DNA of 64,000 nt from Mobula hypostoma (Eukaryota), in contig NC_086097.1 in NCBI RefSeq assembly GCF_963921235.1, positions 67,024,001-67,088,000 on the forward strand, read 5' to 3'. The number at the start of each line of letters is the position of its first letter. Position 1 is the stretch's first letter. Shown one piece after another: positions 47,915-60,597 of this stretch. Made by a program: the position numbers and the translations under genes. Below the pieces are notes generated by a model. It had not been told where the DNA came from. It searched no databases and worked only from the letters and a program-made list of their open reading frames with translations.

Positions 47915-50900
47915 CAAGGATTTCAGATGGTCAGACTTTGCATTTTATGGGGGAAGTATGACCTGTTCAAAAAGGACAGGTTACACCTGAACCCGAAGGG
48001 GACCAATATCCTGGCGGGAAAGTTTAATAGAGCTGTTAGGGAGGGTTTAAACTAATTTGGCAGGGGGATGGGAACTGGAATGGTAGAGCAGAGGAAGGGG
48101 AAAACAGAAATAAATCTAAGGTAGTGAGCAGTAAAGATGTCAGGAAGGACAGGCAGGTGATGGGGCAAATTTGCAGCCATTGGGATGAGTTGCAGTGCGA
48201 TCAAAGCAAAACGTACCAAATACTGGACTTAAGGTGTTATACAAACGTTTGTACTTAAATGCATGCAGCATAAGGAATAAGGTGAACGACCTTGTCATAC
48301 AGCTACAGATTGGCAGGTATGATATTGTGGCCATCATTGAGACGTGGCTAAAGGATGCATGTCTCTGGGAGCGGAACGTCTAAGGATACACGGTGTATCG
48401 GAAGGATAGGCAGGTAGGCAGAGGGGGTGGCGTGGCTTTATTGGTAAGAAATGATATTAAATCATTAGAAAGAGGTGATATAGGATCGGAAGGTGCAGAA
48501 TCTTTATGGGTTGAGCTAAGAAATCGCAGGGGTAAAAGGACCCTGATGGCAGTTATTTATAGGCCTCCAAACAGCTGCAGTGATGTGGACTACAAATTAC
48601 AACAGGAAATAGAAAAGGCTTGTCAGAAGGGCAGTGTTATGATAATTGTGGGGGATTTTAACATGCGAGTGGATTGGGAAAATCAGATCGGCACTGGATC
48701 TCGAGAGAATCTGTAGAATGTCTAAAAGATGGCTTTTTAGAACAGCTTGTTGTTGAGCCCACTAGGGGGTTGGCTGTACTGGATTGGGTATTGTGTAATG
48801 AACCAGAGGTGATTAGAGAGATTGAGGTGAAGGAACCCTTAGGAGGCAGTGATCATAAAATGATTAAGTTCACTGTGAATTTTGAGAAAGAGAAGCCGAA
48901 ATCCGATGTGTCAGTATTTCAGTGGAATAAAGGAAATTACAGTGGCATGAGAGAGGAACTGGCCAAAGTTGACTGGAAAGGGACACTAGCGGGAAGGACG
49001 GCGGAGCAGCAATGGCTGGAGTTTATGCGAGAAGTGAGGAAGGTGCAACACAGATATATTCCAAAAAAGAAGAAATTTTCAAATGGAAAAAGGATGCAAC
49101 CGTGGTTGACGAGAAGTCAAAGCCAAAGTTAAAGCAAAGGAGAGGGCAAACAAGGAAGCAAAAATTAGTGGGAAGACAGAGGATTGGGAAGTTTTTAAAA
49201 GCTTATAAAAGGAAACCAAGAAGGTCATTAAGACGGAAAAGATAAACTATGAAAAGAAGCTAGCAAATAATATCAAAGCGGATACTAAAAGCTTTTTCAA
49301 GTATATAAAGAGTAAAAGACAGGTGAGAGTAGATATAGGACTGATAGAAAATGATGCTGGAGAAATTGTAATGGGAGATAAGGAGATGACGGAGGAACTG
49401 AATGAGTATTTTGCATCCGTCTTCACTGAGGAAGACATCAGCAGTATACCGGACACTCAAGGGTGTCAGGGAAGAGAAGTGTGCGCAGTCACAATTATGA
49501 CAGAGAAAGTACTCAGGAAGCTGAATAGTCTAAGGGTAGATAAATCTCCCAGACCAGATGGAATGCACCCTCATGTTCTGAAGGAAGTAACTGTGGAGAT
49601 TGCAGAGGCATTAGCAATGATCTTTCAAAAGTCAATAGATTCTGGCATGGTTCCGGAGGACTGGAAGATTGCAAATGTCACTCCGCTATTTAAGAAGGGG
49701 GCAAGGAAGCAAAAAGGAAATTATAGACCTGTTAGCTTGACATTGGTGGTTGGGAAGTTGTTGGAGTCGATTGTCAAGGATGAAGTTACGGAGTACCTGG
49801 AGGCATGTGACAAGATAGGCAAAACTCAGCATGGTTTCCTTAAAGGAAAATCCTGCCTGACAAACCTAGTGCAATTTTTTGAGGAAATTACAAGTAGGCT
49901 AGACAAGGGAGATGCAGTGGATGTTGTGCATTTGGATTTTCAGGCGGCCTTTGACAAGGTGCCACACGAGGCTGCTAAACAAGATAAGAGCCCATGGAAT
50001 TATAGGAAAGTTACATACGTGGATAGAGCGTTGGCTGACTGGCAGGAAACAGAAAGTGGGAATAAAGGGATCCCATTCTGGTTGGCTGCCCGTTACCAGT
50101 GGTGTTCCACAGGGGTCTGTGTTGGGGCCACTTCTTTTTACTTTGTACATCAACAATTTGGATTATGGAATAGATGGCTTTGTGGCTAAGTTTGCTGATG
50201 GTACAAAGATAGGTGGAGGGGCTGGTCGTGCTGAGGAAACAGAGTCTGCAAAGAGACTTGGATAGATTGGAAGAATGGGCAAAGAAGTGGCAAATGAAAT
50301 ATAATGTTGGAAAGTGTATGCTTATGCACTTTGGTAGAAGAAATAAATAGGCAGACTATTATTTAAATGGGGTGAGAATTCAAAGTTCTGAGATGCAATG
50401 GGACTTGGGAGTCCTTGTGCAGGATACCCTTAAGGTTAACCTCCAGGCTGAGTCGGTAGTAAAGAAGGTGAATGCAATGTTGGTATTCATTTCTAGTGGA
50501 ATAGAGTATAGGAGCAGGGATGTGATGTTGAGGCTCTATAAGGCGCTGGTGAGACCTCACTTGGAGTACTGTGTGCAGTTTTGGGCTCCTTATTTAAGAA
50601 AGGATGTGCTGACGTTGGAGAGGGTACAGAGAAGATTCACTAGAATGATTCTAGGAATGAGAGGGTTAACATATGAGGAACGTTTGACCGCTCTTGGACT
50701 GTACTCCTTGGAGTTTCGAAGAATGAGGGGGGGGACCTCATAGAAACATTTTGAATGTTGAAAGGCATGGACAGAGTGGATGTGACAAAGTTGTTTCCCA
50801 TGGTGGGGGAGTCTAGTATGAGAGGGCATGACTTAAGGATTGAAGGGCGCCCATTCAGAACAGAGATGCGAAGAAATTTTTTTAGCCAGAGGGTGGTGAA

Positions 50901-51060
50901 TCTGTGGAATTTGTTGCCATGGGCGACAGTGGAGGTCAACCTGAGTAGCCAGGGCATCAAAGGTTACGGTGAGAAGGTGGAGTGGGACTAAATGGGAGAA
51001 TGGCAGAGCAGACTCGATGGACTGAATGGCCAACTTCTGCTCCTTTGTCTTATGGTCTTG
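47915..51060 (+). mobile_element. CR1 LINE: ORF1 3' end and frameshifted ORF2 (EN and RT)
   Basis: KKDRLHLNPKGTNILAGKF; LYLNACSIRNK; YRPPNS; GDFN; SDH; 288-aa ORF 49323-50189; PQGSVLGP; tcttatggtctt tail. Confidence 0.95.
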
Positions 51061-51155
51061 TATCAGAACTGACTCATTCTGATGGAAAGCATTGAACTTC
51101 CAATATTTTTCAGTTTTTCACACTCCACAGTATTTATGTATATTTCCACCATATA

Positions 51156-52736
51156 CAGTTGCAATAGAGGTTTGTGAATACTTTGCAGTTACCTGGTTTT
51201 CAGCATTAATTATTCATAAAATGTGGTCTGATCTTCATCTAAGTCACGATAATAGACAAACACTATCTGCCTAATCTAATAACAAACAATTGGACATCTC
51301 AGTACTGGGTATACCATTTGAACAATCACAGTTTACGTTCAAAAAAAGGTGTATCTCTGGGGTAATGCCTTCTCCTAAAGCTATTTGGAGTCAGGTGTTC
51401 CAATCAATGAAATGAGATTAGAGCTATGGGTTGTAGAGATGCCCTGCATTTTTTTTTTTTTAAAGTCAGTTTACTGACAAAGCCTGCTCTTCTCAAGAAA
51501 GGTATGTTTACTTGCACCATGACTCAATCAAAACAACTTTCAGAGGACCTTAGGAGAAGAATTGGAGAGATGCATCAAGCGGAAAAGGCTACAAAAGCAT
51601 TTCGAAAGACCTTATTGTTCATCAGTCCACAGTAAGAGAAATTGTCTACAAATGGAGGAAACGCAGTACTGTTAGTACTGTTGCTACTCTCCATAAGAGT
51701 GGGCATCCTGCAAAGATCACACCAAAGGCACAACGTGTAATGCTGAAGGAGGTGAAATAGAACCCAAGGGTAACAGCAAAAGACCTGCAGAAATCTCTAG
51801 AACTTGCCAAAGTCTCTGTACGTGTCCACTATAAGAAAAGCACTGAACAAGAATGGTGTTCTTGGAAGGACACCACAGAGGAAACTACTGCTCTCCAAAA
51901 AAAAAAACATTGCTGCACATCTCAAGTTTGAAAAAAAAACACCTGGATGTTCCACAGTGCTTCTGGGACAATGTTCTGTGGATGGATGAGACAAAAGTTG
52001 AACTTTTGGTAGAAATGCATACCGCTGTGTTTGGAGGAAAAACAGCACTGCACACCAACACCAAAACCTCATCCCGACTGTGAAGGATGGCGGAAGGTGA
52101 TCGTGGTTTGGGGCCGCTTGGCTGCCTCAGGCCCAGACAGCTTGCAATCGTTGGGGGAACAATGAATTCAGAATTGTTTATCAAGACATTTCAGAGGAGA
52201 ATGTCAGGGTAGCAATCCATCACCTGAAGCTTAATAGAAGTTGGATGATGCAACAAGACAATGATCCAAAACACAAGAGTAAATCAACAACAGAATGGTT
52301 TAAAAGGAGATAATTTGTGTTTTGGAATGGCCCAAGTCAGGTTCCAGACCTGAACCCAACTGAGAAGCTGTGTCAAGACCTGAAGAGAACTGTTTGTGCA
52401 AGGTATCACAGAAATATTGATGAACTGAAACAGTTTGTGTGGAGAAATGGTCAAAAATTCCTCCTTTGTGCAAATCTGATCAGCAGCTACAGGAAAAGAT
52501 TGGTGGAGGTTATTGCTGTTAAAAGAGGTTCTACCAGTTATTAAATACAAGGGTTCACATACTTTTCCAGCCAGGGCTATGAATGGATAAACAATGTGTT
52601 CAATAAAGACATGAAAAGTACATTTGCGTGCTAGTTTAGGCAAATTGTGTTTGTCTATTGTGGCTTAAATGAAGATTAGACCACATTTGAGTATTTAATG
52701 CAGAAAACCAGGTTCATAAACTTTTTCTTGCAACTA
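51156..52736 (+). mobile_element. Tc1/mariner transposon, degraded transposase (about 51519-52544)
   Basis: ta|cagttgcaa ... ttgcaacta|ta; WMDETKVELL, QQDNDPKH and PDLNPTE DDE-region motifs. Confidence 0.93.
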
Positions 52737-53053
52737 TATTTCCTTGCAACATGTTTGTTCTTCCCTCGCTATGTCTTATGTCTCCTCCAGAAATGTAAAA
52801 AAAAATGCCCTCACTAACTGCTCAGTCAGTATTGCCATCTTGCATTCAACCTCTATTGAATCATAAATATTCTGTTTGTTCCTAGCACTCCTCCTCTGTA
52901 GCTTGTTTGATTTGTAACTTTTAGTTTAAGGTCATCAACCTAAAGTATTCTCTTTCCATAGATGTTGCTTGACCCGCTGAGTATTTTCAACGTTGTTTTG
53001 ATGCATATATCTTAAAAAGGGTTAAGATCCACTGTAATTTTTTTTCTTTTCAG

Positions 53054-53250
53054 CGGATTTTATTGATGATGTGGAATTGATGTTTACAAACTGCTTTGAA
53101 TACAATCCTCGAAACACGAGTGAAGCCAAAGCTGGGATAAAACTTCAAGCTTTCTTTCACAATCAAGTAGAAAAACTGGGATTGACAATGAAACCTGCCA
53201 ATGTGGACCATCCACCACAACCTCCAGTTACTAAAAGGTCAAGAATTTAA
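53054..53250 (+). CDS. BAZ1A: BAZ1A last coding exon (bromodomain end, stop)
   Basis: tttttcttttcag|; DFIDDVELMFTNCFEYNPRNTSEAKAGIKLQAFFHNQVEKLGL...TKRSRI-TAA; human ends KKSRI. Confidence 0.98.
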
Positions 53251-53975
53251 GGTTGTTCAGTGGTGTTATTTTAATTAGGAACATTCAAAATTTGTCATGT
53301 TCCATTTTCCAAAATTAAAATGAGAATCATGCCACAGGCTGCCTTGCCCTTCTTATGAACTGCAATAACTTGTTTTACAACATTGAAATGCGACCTGCAC
53401 TGGACTAAAATTCTTTCTATTAAGCACTCAGGAAGATGTAGTGTGAAACTGCATTGTGCTATGATAAATTTGTAGAGATTTCATAATTTGTGTATATTGG
53501 ATACAGTAATGTTTTACTGAAAGACTTTTGTACTTTTTTGAAGTAACATTCATGCATAGTAGTGTCTTCCACCAAACATGGAGTAAATGCTATACTTTTA
53601 TAAATCTAATTGAGGAGCTCTCCAGTGTTATTATTTTGTGAAATATGTTGTTAATTTAAAGGAAAATTAGTCACCAATCTCCAGTTATTTTTTTTATTTT
53701 AATTAAAAATGACTCTTAAAACCAACAAAAGAATGCTACACTACACATGAGTGAGAATTGTATATCATTTCAGTGCTCTATATGTTTCATGCTGGTGAGA
53801 ATGATTCTTACCAAGAAAGATTAGATATTTATTCAGTGTTGAAAACAATTTGTGGGGGTTTGAATTTCATCTGTATTTATGAAATTTGTAATTGAAAAGA
53901 GGGGGAAATTGAATTTTTTTTTCTCATACTGCAACATTTTCTGTTTTTTTTTAAAGCATGTCCTTTCAAATGCTC

Positions 53976-53981
53976 AATAAA
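53976..53981 (+). terminator. Polyadenylation signal AATAAA (proximal candidate)
   Basis: AATAAA preceded by U-rich tracts; downstream element less clear. Confidence 0.4.
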
Positions 53982-54073
53982 ATGTGGAATCCAGGAACTA
54001 GATTCTTATGTAATGTTTCTGGCATCAGTAGTATTGATGATGCAATTTACTTTCAAAGTAATTTTTTTGTACA

Positions 54074-54079
54074 AATAAA
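54074..54079 (+). terminator. Polyadenylation signal AATAAA (distal)
   Basis: tttttttgtacaAATAAAa with upstream U-tract and TGTA, and a GT-rich element about 20 nt downstream (ggtgttgtgtg). Confidence 0.7.
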
Positions 54080-56039
54080 AGTTTGAGTTGATGCTCATGG
54101 TGTTGTGTGATGCTAGAAACAACAAGTAGAGACCTTGAGTAGAGGTATTTTGTATACCTCCACTGAAACAGCTTAAGTGTTGCTGCGTTCATTTGTAGGG
54201 GCCACAGATCTTAGATTTAGAAATCTATGTTTTGATAAACAGTACATTCTATTGTCAGTTTTAATGTACAAACATAGTTCTGTTTAATGTAATTAAGAAT
54301 CAGATCTGCATAGGAGGAAAGCAGACTAAGAAAATGTGTCCAACTATTTAAAACAGACTGTGTGCTTAATTTTACCTGTGCAACTTGGTTTTGTAAACTG
54401 GTTACTTCAATTTTCTTTTCTAACTTGAAAACTGTTCACTGAAGAAAATCTATGAAACTTTGTTCATTCATTCTGTCCCAAAAGACTGATTGGCTAGACA
54501 CCCACACTGTCTAGCATCAATATTCCTTTTGTCCAGTGTTATTAGCAAAGCACTTCGATATTTTAATCATTTATAGAATAGCATCCTGAATTTCCAATTT
54601 GCCCAATTTTCCAATCTGCTGTGACTAGTTTTGCTTTTTAGTATACTTGGACTAAAATGTTTCTCCTGAACTCCCTTCATTGGACACTAAATCCTTAATT
54701 CCCCTAATAAGCCACATTGCACTTGCAGCAATTTGATAAAATAATCTATTTATTTCAATTATCCCTGAATGGAAAAGAAAGGATATCAAGTATGTTCCCC
54801 AATTAGAAATTAGTGGAAGGTAAGTTTTTGTTCAGCAATTTCACTATCACGTTTATTGTTTTTTTTCAAGATTTAATTATGCTTTTATGTCCAGCTGCAC
54901 TGGTGAAATTTGAATTTGAGACTTGTCTAAGCTATTTGTCCAGGCTAAGAGATTACTAGTATTAGCATGTCCAATATCCTAATTTTGTACATTTTCAATT
55001 TTTTATAACCTTTTATTTAAAATGTTCTCCATGTATGAACAATCCTTGAGCAAACACCATGGCAGGATATACACTGACCTTCTGTTTTCTAAAACATTGA
55101 TTTTTATAATGGAGTACATGATAATGGTGTTTACATAATATTTTCAAAAATCCCTCAAGCTGGAGAGCACAGGAGAAATAGTGGGTTGGTAGTTTCATTA
55201 TAGTGTCAGATCTCTGGAATTTGAGGTTGGCAACAACTCTTTAATTCCACTGTACTAAAATGGAACAGACTGTTCCATAGAACCATATGTAATGAATTAT
55301 CCAATGAGGAACTCTGAATCTGCATATTGTAAAATGGAGGTTGGAAGTTGGGCACTGCCACATTGGGCTTCCTGCTCCATCATTGGATGGCCACCAAGGC
55401 TAAATATACTGAACTGACTGCACTTTATGTCGAACCTCTCGGGTTACCACAAACTGTGCCTGGAGCATGGTGGTTTATTTTAACCCAAAATTATATTTTA
55501 AATGTGTTAATTAGATTCCATTAACTTTTAATGTCAGATTAACTTAAAAGAATTTTGAAGACCTTTAACAACAGTGAGCAAGCATTCCAGAACCTTGGGC
55601 CTTGTTCTCACTCATTTGATCCTGAAAAGCCACAGAAAGTAATGGTAACCATGGGGCAAGTGCAGTACTGCGTCAGGTTGAGTACAACACAGGTCTGAGG
55701 TTACAATCCAAAGGGAGAAAACCTAAACTGGAAGCTAACGATCAGATTGGGTGAAGGGAGTATTTGGGATGGAAAAGATTATAGTGCACAACAATACCAG
55801 GCTGAATGCTTAAGAAAGGAGCAGAGTAAAGCAAATGACAGTACCAGGGGAGAGTCAAGAAAAATAAGGTAACATTAAGGACAGAAAATTGGGAAGACAG
55901 ATTAATGTTTTTACTGCAGTCAGTGAAATTGGCAAGAACAGAGTATTGTGTATGCAAAGGAGTCAACTGCGTTCAGTAAGATTAATGATTATAGCTGTGT
56001 GAATATAATAGAAAGTTGACTTCAAAAGATGTATATGGA

Positions 56040-56945
56040 GACAAGAACCTGTAGATGTTGAAAATTTGGAGCAATGTACAAAATGCTAGTTGGGCAGCAA
56101 TATGGAGAGAAATGACCAGTCAGCATTTTTGGCCAAAACCCTCCATCAGGACTGGAACAGAAGAGGGGAGAAGCACAAGCAAGAGGGAGAAAAGTCAGAA
56201 AGATGAGAAATGATATGTGGAAGAGGCAAAGGACTGAGCAAGATGGGAAAAGACAGCAGACCATGGAATAAAGGGAAGGAAGTATGATCGATAGCTCGTG
56301 AAGGGAAAAGAGGAGGGATGAAGGGGCCAGAGGAACACAGGAAACTAAGGGAACAGAAGAAGGGGGTTATCTTGACTCTATTTTTGTCCCCCTTGGTTTA
56401 GTGTCTTCCCATATGCTCTCTTCGACTTTTATCAGCTTTCTGTACCCCCAGCCATGACCATGCATGACCAGTCCAGTGCACTTCTAACCCCTATCAGGAA
56501 GGCATTGAGCCTCTTTGCTCAATAACACATCCAACAAGTTCCCCTCCAAAACAATTTCATGCAGAGGCAGTACTGGTGCTCACCCTCTACAACTTCCCTT
56601 TTGTTTCCTACCACTTTCCCCAGATCAAAGGTCTGGAAAAAGCACATGCATGGGCCTTAACTATACCTGCCATTTTGTTGGCTACATAGAATGTGTTGTG
56701 TTCAAAACTTGCAGCAACAAGGCTCCTCAATTCTTTCTCTGCCACAGTGACTACTCATTAGTTCATCAACTTCACCAACTTCCACCTTCCCACTTCTTGA
56801 TCTTTCTGTCTCTATCTGGAGTCAGATTATCTACCCCAATCTTTTACAAACCCACTGACTTCCCTTATCCTTGCATACCACTCTTGAGTCTCTTCATCCA
56901 ACGTATCAGTCTCTGCAACTTATGGGATCCCACCACTAGATACGT
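56040..56945. mobile_element. Penelope-like element: inverted terminal segment (-) joined to a degraded RT fragment (+)
   Basis: Minus-strand decayed hammerhead 56117-56154; plus strand TCMGLNYTCHFVGYIE and RLSTPIFYKPTD resemble Penelope-type RT motifs (MGPSYACLFVGYVE, STDIYYKPTD). Confidence 0.75.
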
Positions 56946-56947
56946 CT

Positions 56948-57780
56948 TTTTGGTCATCAGACCATAAAACCTTCTTCCAGCTGACTTCAGAGTATCCCAC
57001 TGCCTTCTGAGAAACAGTTTTTTTCAACAGTGGCTTTCTCTTTGCCACTCTCCCATAAAGCTGCATCTGGTAAGCACCCAGGCAACAGTTGTTGTATGCG
57101 CAGTCTCTATCATCTCAGCCACTGAAGCTTGTAACTCCTCCAGAGTTGTTAGGTCTTTTGGTGGCCTCCCTAACTAGTCCCCTTCTTGCATGGTCACTCA
57201 GTTTTTGAGGATGGCCTGCTCTAGGCAGATTTACAGCTGTGCCATATTCTTTCCATTTCTTGATGATTGACTTAATTGTATTCCAAGTGATATTTAGTGA
57301 CTTGGAAATTTTCTTGAATCCAACTCCTGACTTGGTGTTTTTCATTAACCTTTGAGGAGTTGCTTGGAGTGTTCTTTTGTCTTCATGGTGTAGTTTTTGC
57401 CAGGATACTAAATCACCGGTAGTTGGATCTTCCAGATATAGGTGTATTTTTACTACAATCAATTGAAACACCTTGACTATACACAGATCTTCTTAAACAG
57501 ATCTCAGTTTAACTAATTATGTGACTTAAACCAATTGGCTGCACCAGTGATGATTTAGTGTGTCATATTAAAGGGGGTGAATACTTGTGCAATCAATTAT
57601 TTTGTTTTATATTTGTAATTCATTTAGATCATTTCGTAGAAATGTGTTTTCACTCTGACACGAAAGAGTCTTTTGCTGTTGATTAGTGTCAAAAAGCCAA
57701 ATTAACTCCACTGTAATTCAATGGTGTAAAACAACAAGAATTAAAACTTCCAAGAGGGTGAACACTTTTTATAGGCACTG
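56948..57780 (-). mobile_element. Tc1 transposon, right part (transposase N-terminus and about 220-bp IR/DR); same family as 45964-46587
   Basis: ORF 57115-57471 KSGVGFKKISKSLNITWNTIKSIIKKWKEYGTAVNLPRAGHPQKL; ends tttttataggcactg|ta. Confidence 0.92.
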
Positions 57781-57782
57781 TA

Positions 57783-58758
57783 GGAGGGGGATGGGAATGC
57801 AATCAGAAAGACAAAGAAGTAATGCAGAGACCAAAGCAAAAGTGAAAAGTCAGAGTGGAGTACAGGAAGGTCAAATTCAAAGGTTACAAGATACTAAAAG
57901 GATGAGTGTTAGGGTGCTTCATCTGAATGCCAGTTGTATTCAAAACAAGGGCAGTGAATTTGTGGCACAGATCAGTACAAAAGAGTATGATTTAGTGTCC
58001 TTTACACAAACATGATTGCAGAGAGGAGATAAATAAAAATTTAATTTTATGGGTATCAGGTATTACAGTAGAATAGGCAGGAAGGTAGGGGAGGTGGATA
58101 ATGTTCTTAAGGTGGATAATAATTAAGGATGAGATTAGGGTGACAATGTGAGACGACAAGATCTAAGGATCAAAATGTTGAGTCTATCTGGGTAGAGATT
58201 AGGAATAGTAAGGGGAAAAAATAGTGGTGGGAGTCTATAGGTCATCAAAGTGGTGCAGGCAATAAACCAGTAAGTAACTGATGCACGTAAGAATGGAATG
58301 ACATTCATCATGGGGGACTTTAACTTAAAATTAAGTTGGTCAAGGCAATCTTGAGGAGCATTTCATACAATGCATCTGTGATAACTTTCTTGAACAGTCG
58401 TTAGTGAACCCACAAGGGAAAATGCTATCTAGTCCTATATAGTGAGACAGGTCACTCAACGTCAGCAAGACCAAGGAGTTGATTATTGACTTAAAGAGAA
58501 CCAGTCCTCATCAGAGGAAACTGGAGGACCAGGAGAAAACCCAAGCATTCCACGGGCAGGACATACAGAGACTCCTTATAGAACCGCACCGGTATTTAAC
58601 TCCAAACTCTAGAACGTACCAAATTGTAACAGCGTCGTGCTAACTGGTACACTACTATGGCCCACTTGAAGCCCACTCAACTCTTCTTACTTGAGGAAAG
58701 GCATACTGACTTTGGAGGTGGTGCAGAGGAGGTTCACTAGGTTGATTCTGGAGATGAG
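57783..58758 (+). mobile_element. Degraded CR1 fragments with small SINE and Rex inserts
   Basis: VRVLHLNASCIQNK; MGDFN; LEVVQRRFTRLI. Confidence 0.7.
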
Positions 58759-59935
58759 ACAACTACAACTTTATTGGAGATCCTTCCACCATTTATATGC
58801 TATATCCTCTACAAAAGATTCAACTGAAAGTGAATTAAGAAAGATAGTGGATGATGCCACAGCAGTGTTCCAAGGATGGCATTGGAAAACTCAAACACAT
58901 CAAGGGCAAAATAGTGTTAAATTAAAATGCCACGCCTACATTTTACAAAGCCATCTGGCTCCTTATACAATCCGTGATAAAGTAGCCAGTGAGCTAGATC
59001 ACATGGAGGCTGAAGGAATTCTTTCCAAGGTTGAGTGGAGTCCATGGGCAACACCAGTGATCTTAGCAGCCTAGAAGAATGGGTCTGTGGTGATTTGAAG
59101 GTCACCATCAACCCAGTACTGAAAGTACGTTTGTAGATCAATACCTTCCGTCCAGGATAGAGGATATCCTTGCAAACCTTTCAGAGGAAAACACTTAAGC
59201 AAAATGGACTTAGCTGAGGCCCACCTACAAATGAAGATGGAAGAAGAGTCCAAAGTGTTTCTCTCCTTAAACACTGACAAAGGGCTATAATAGGCTTATT
59301 ACTGGAGTAGCAACAGCATCTGCACCTGCACTCTGGCAGAAAGCTATGGACCAGTTGCTGTAAGGCTGCCAGGCACTCAGTGTTACCTGGATGACATCAT
59401 TGTTATGGTGAGAATGACAAGGAACATCTCCAAAATCTCAAGACAGGGATAAAGAGATTAGAAGATTATGGGCTCAGACCATGATGCAACTAGTGTGAAT
59501 TCTTTAAAACAAGCATCACTTACTGTGGTCACACCATTGACAAACAAGCATACTGAGAAAATTCAAGCAGTTGTGGATGACCCAAGGCCAAAGGACTTGT
59601 CACAGTTGTGATCTTTTAGGATTTCTCAATAAGTATAACAAACCTGCCTGCCATACTCTACCCCTTGAATTCATTACTCAAGATTGGGAAGAAATGGCAA
59701 TGGACAAGGAAGTGTGAGGTGTCTTCTCAAAAGGCAAAGCAAATGGTGACATCAGACACTGCACTCACACATTGCCCAGTGAAGCTTGCTGGTATAAGTG
59801 CAGTCATGTCTCCTGTTATGAGTGAGGAAAGTTAACACCCCATAGCCTTTGTATCATATTTCCTTACTAGCAGAGAAAAATTACACACAGATTGACAGAA
59901 AGGCCTTGAGTCTGGATTAGAGTGTAAAACATTAG
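58759..59935 (+). mobile_element. Degraded Gypsy/Ty3 LTR-retrotransposon pol fragment (RT-RNase H)
   Basis: APYTIRDKVASELDHMEAEGILSKVEWSPWATPV; DLKVTINPVLK; tacctggatgacatcatt (YLDDII) near 59384; PIAFVS...EKNY-like remnant. Confidence 0.88.
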
Positions 59936-60207
59936 GGTGCAAGTAAAGATAAATAAAGAAGCTCTGTAGTTCTTTATTTATCTGTACTTCTCCATTCATA
60001 GCCTCTGATTCACCCTCAGTTTTATTGCTTAAAATTGGTGAATATGCCTTCAATTTTCAAATCCTAAATTACCTTCCTTAAGTCATATTGTTTCTTTCCC
60101 CGAGATCCTTCTTAAAACTTATTCCTTGGTCTATTGCCATTTAGTACTACTGACGAGATAGTTGCTATTTAGTTACCGTTTTGTGAAGTATAGCTGGTTT
60201 ACACCGC

Positions 60208-60597
60208 ACGCTGTCGGAGCAGTGCTGCCAGGATAATCAAGGACACGACCCAGCTAGCCAGCACACTTTTCATCCCTTTTCCCTCCGGGAGAAGGCTCAG
60301 GAGCTTGAAGACTCGTATGGCCAGATTTGGGAACAGCTTCTTTCCAACTGTGATAAGATCTGGGCCGTACCCTCCAAATATCCGGATCTGCCTCTCGGTA
60401 TTTTTGCACTACCTTATTTCCCATTTTTCTATTTTCTATTTATGATTTATAATTTAAATTTTTAATATTTACCAATTTTTACTATTTTTAATATTTAATA
60501 TTTGTAATCCAGGGAGTGGGAAGCACAGAATCAAATATCGCTGTGATTGTACATTCTAGTATCAATTGTTTGGTGACAATAAAGTATAAAGTATAAG
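60208..60597 (+). mobile_element. Non-LTR (Rex/L2-type) 3' fragment
   Basis: CRSSAARIIKDTTQLASTLFIPFPSGRRLRSLKTRMARFGNSFFPTVIR; AATAAA and (aagtat)n tail. Confidence 0.72.

Larger units (their letters stand above)
53251..54100 (+). other. BAZ1A: BAZ1A 3' UTR (end approximate)
   Basis: AT-rich, repeat-free stretch from the stop codon to the poly(A) signals. Confidence 0.7.

Noticed and set aside
58691..59074. 127-aa ORF joining CR1 RT and Gypsy pol peptides
   Set aside because: Chance in-frame junction of two decayed elements, with an internal frame change and no intact domain.
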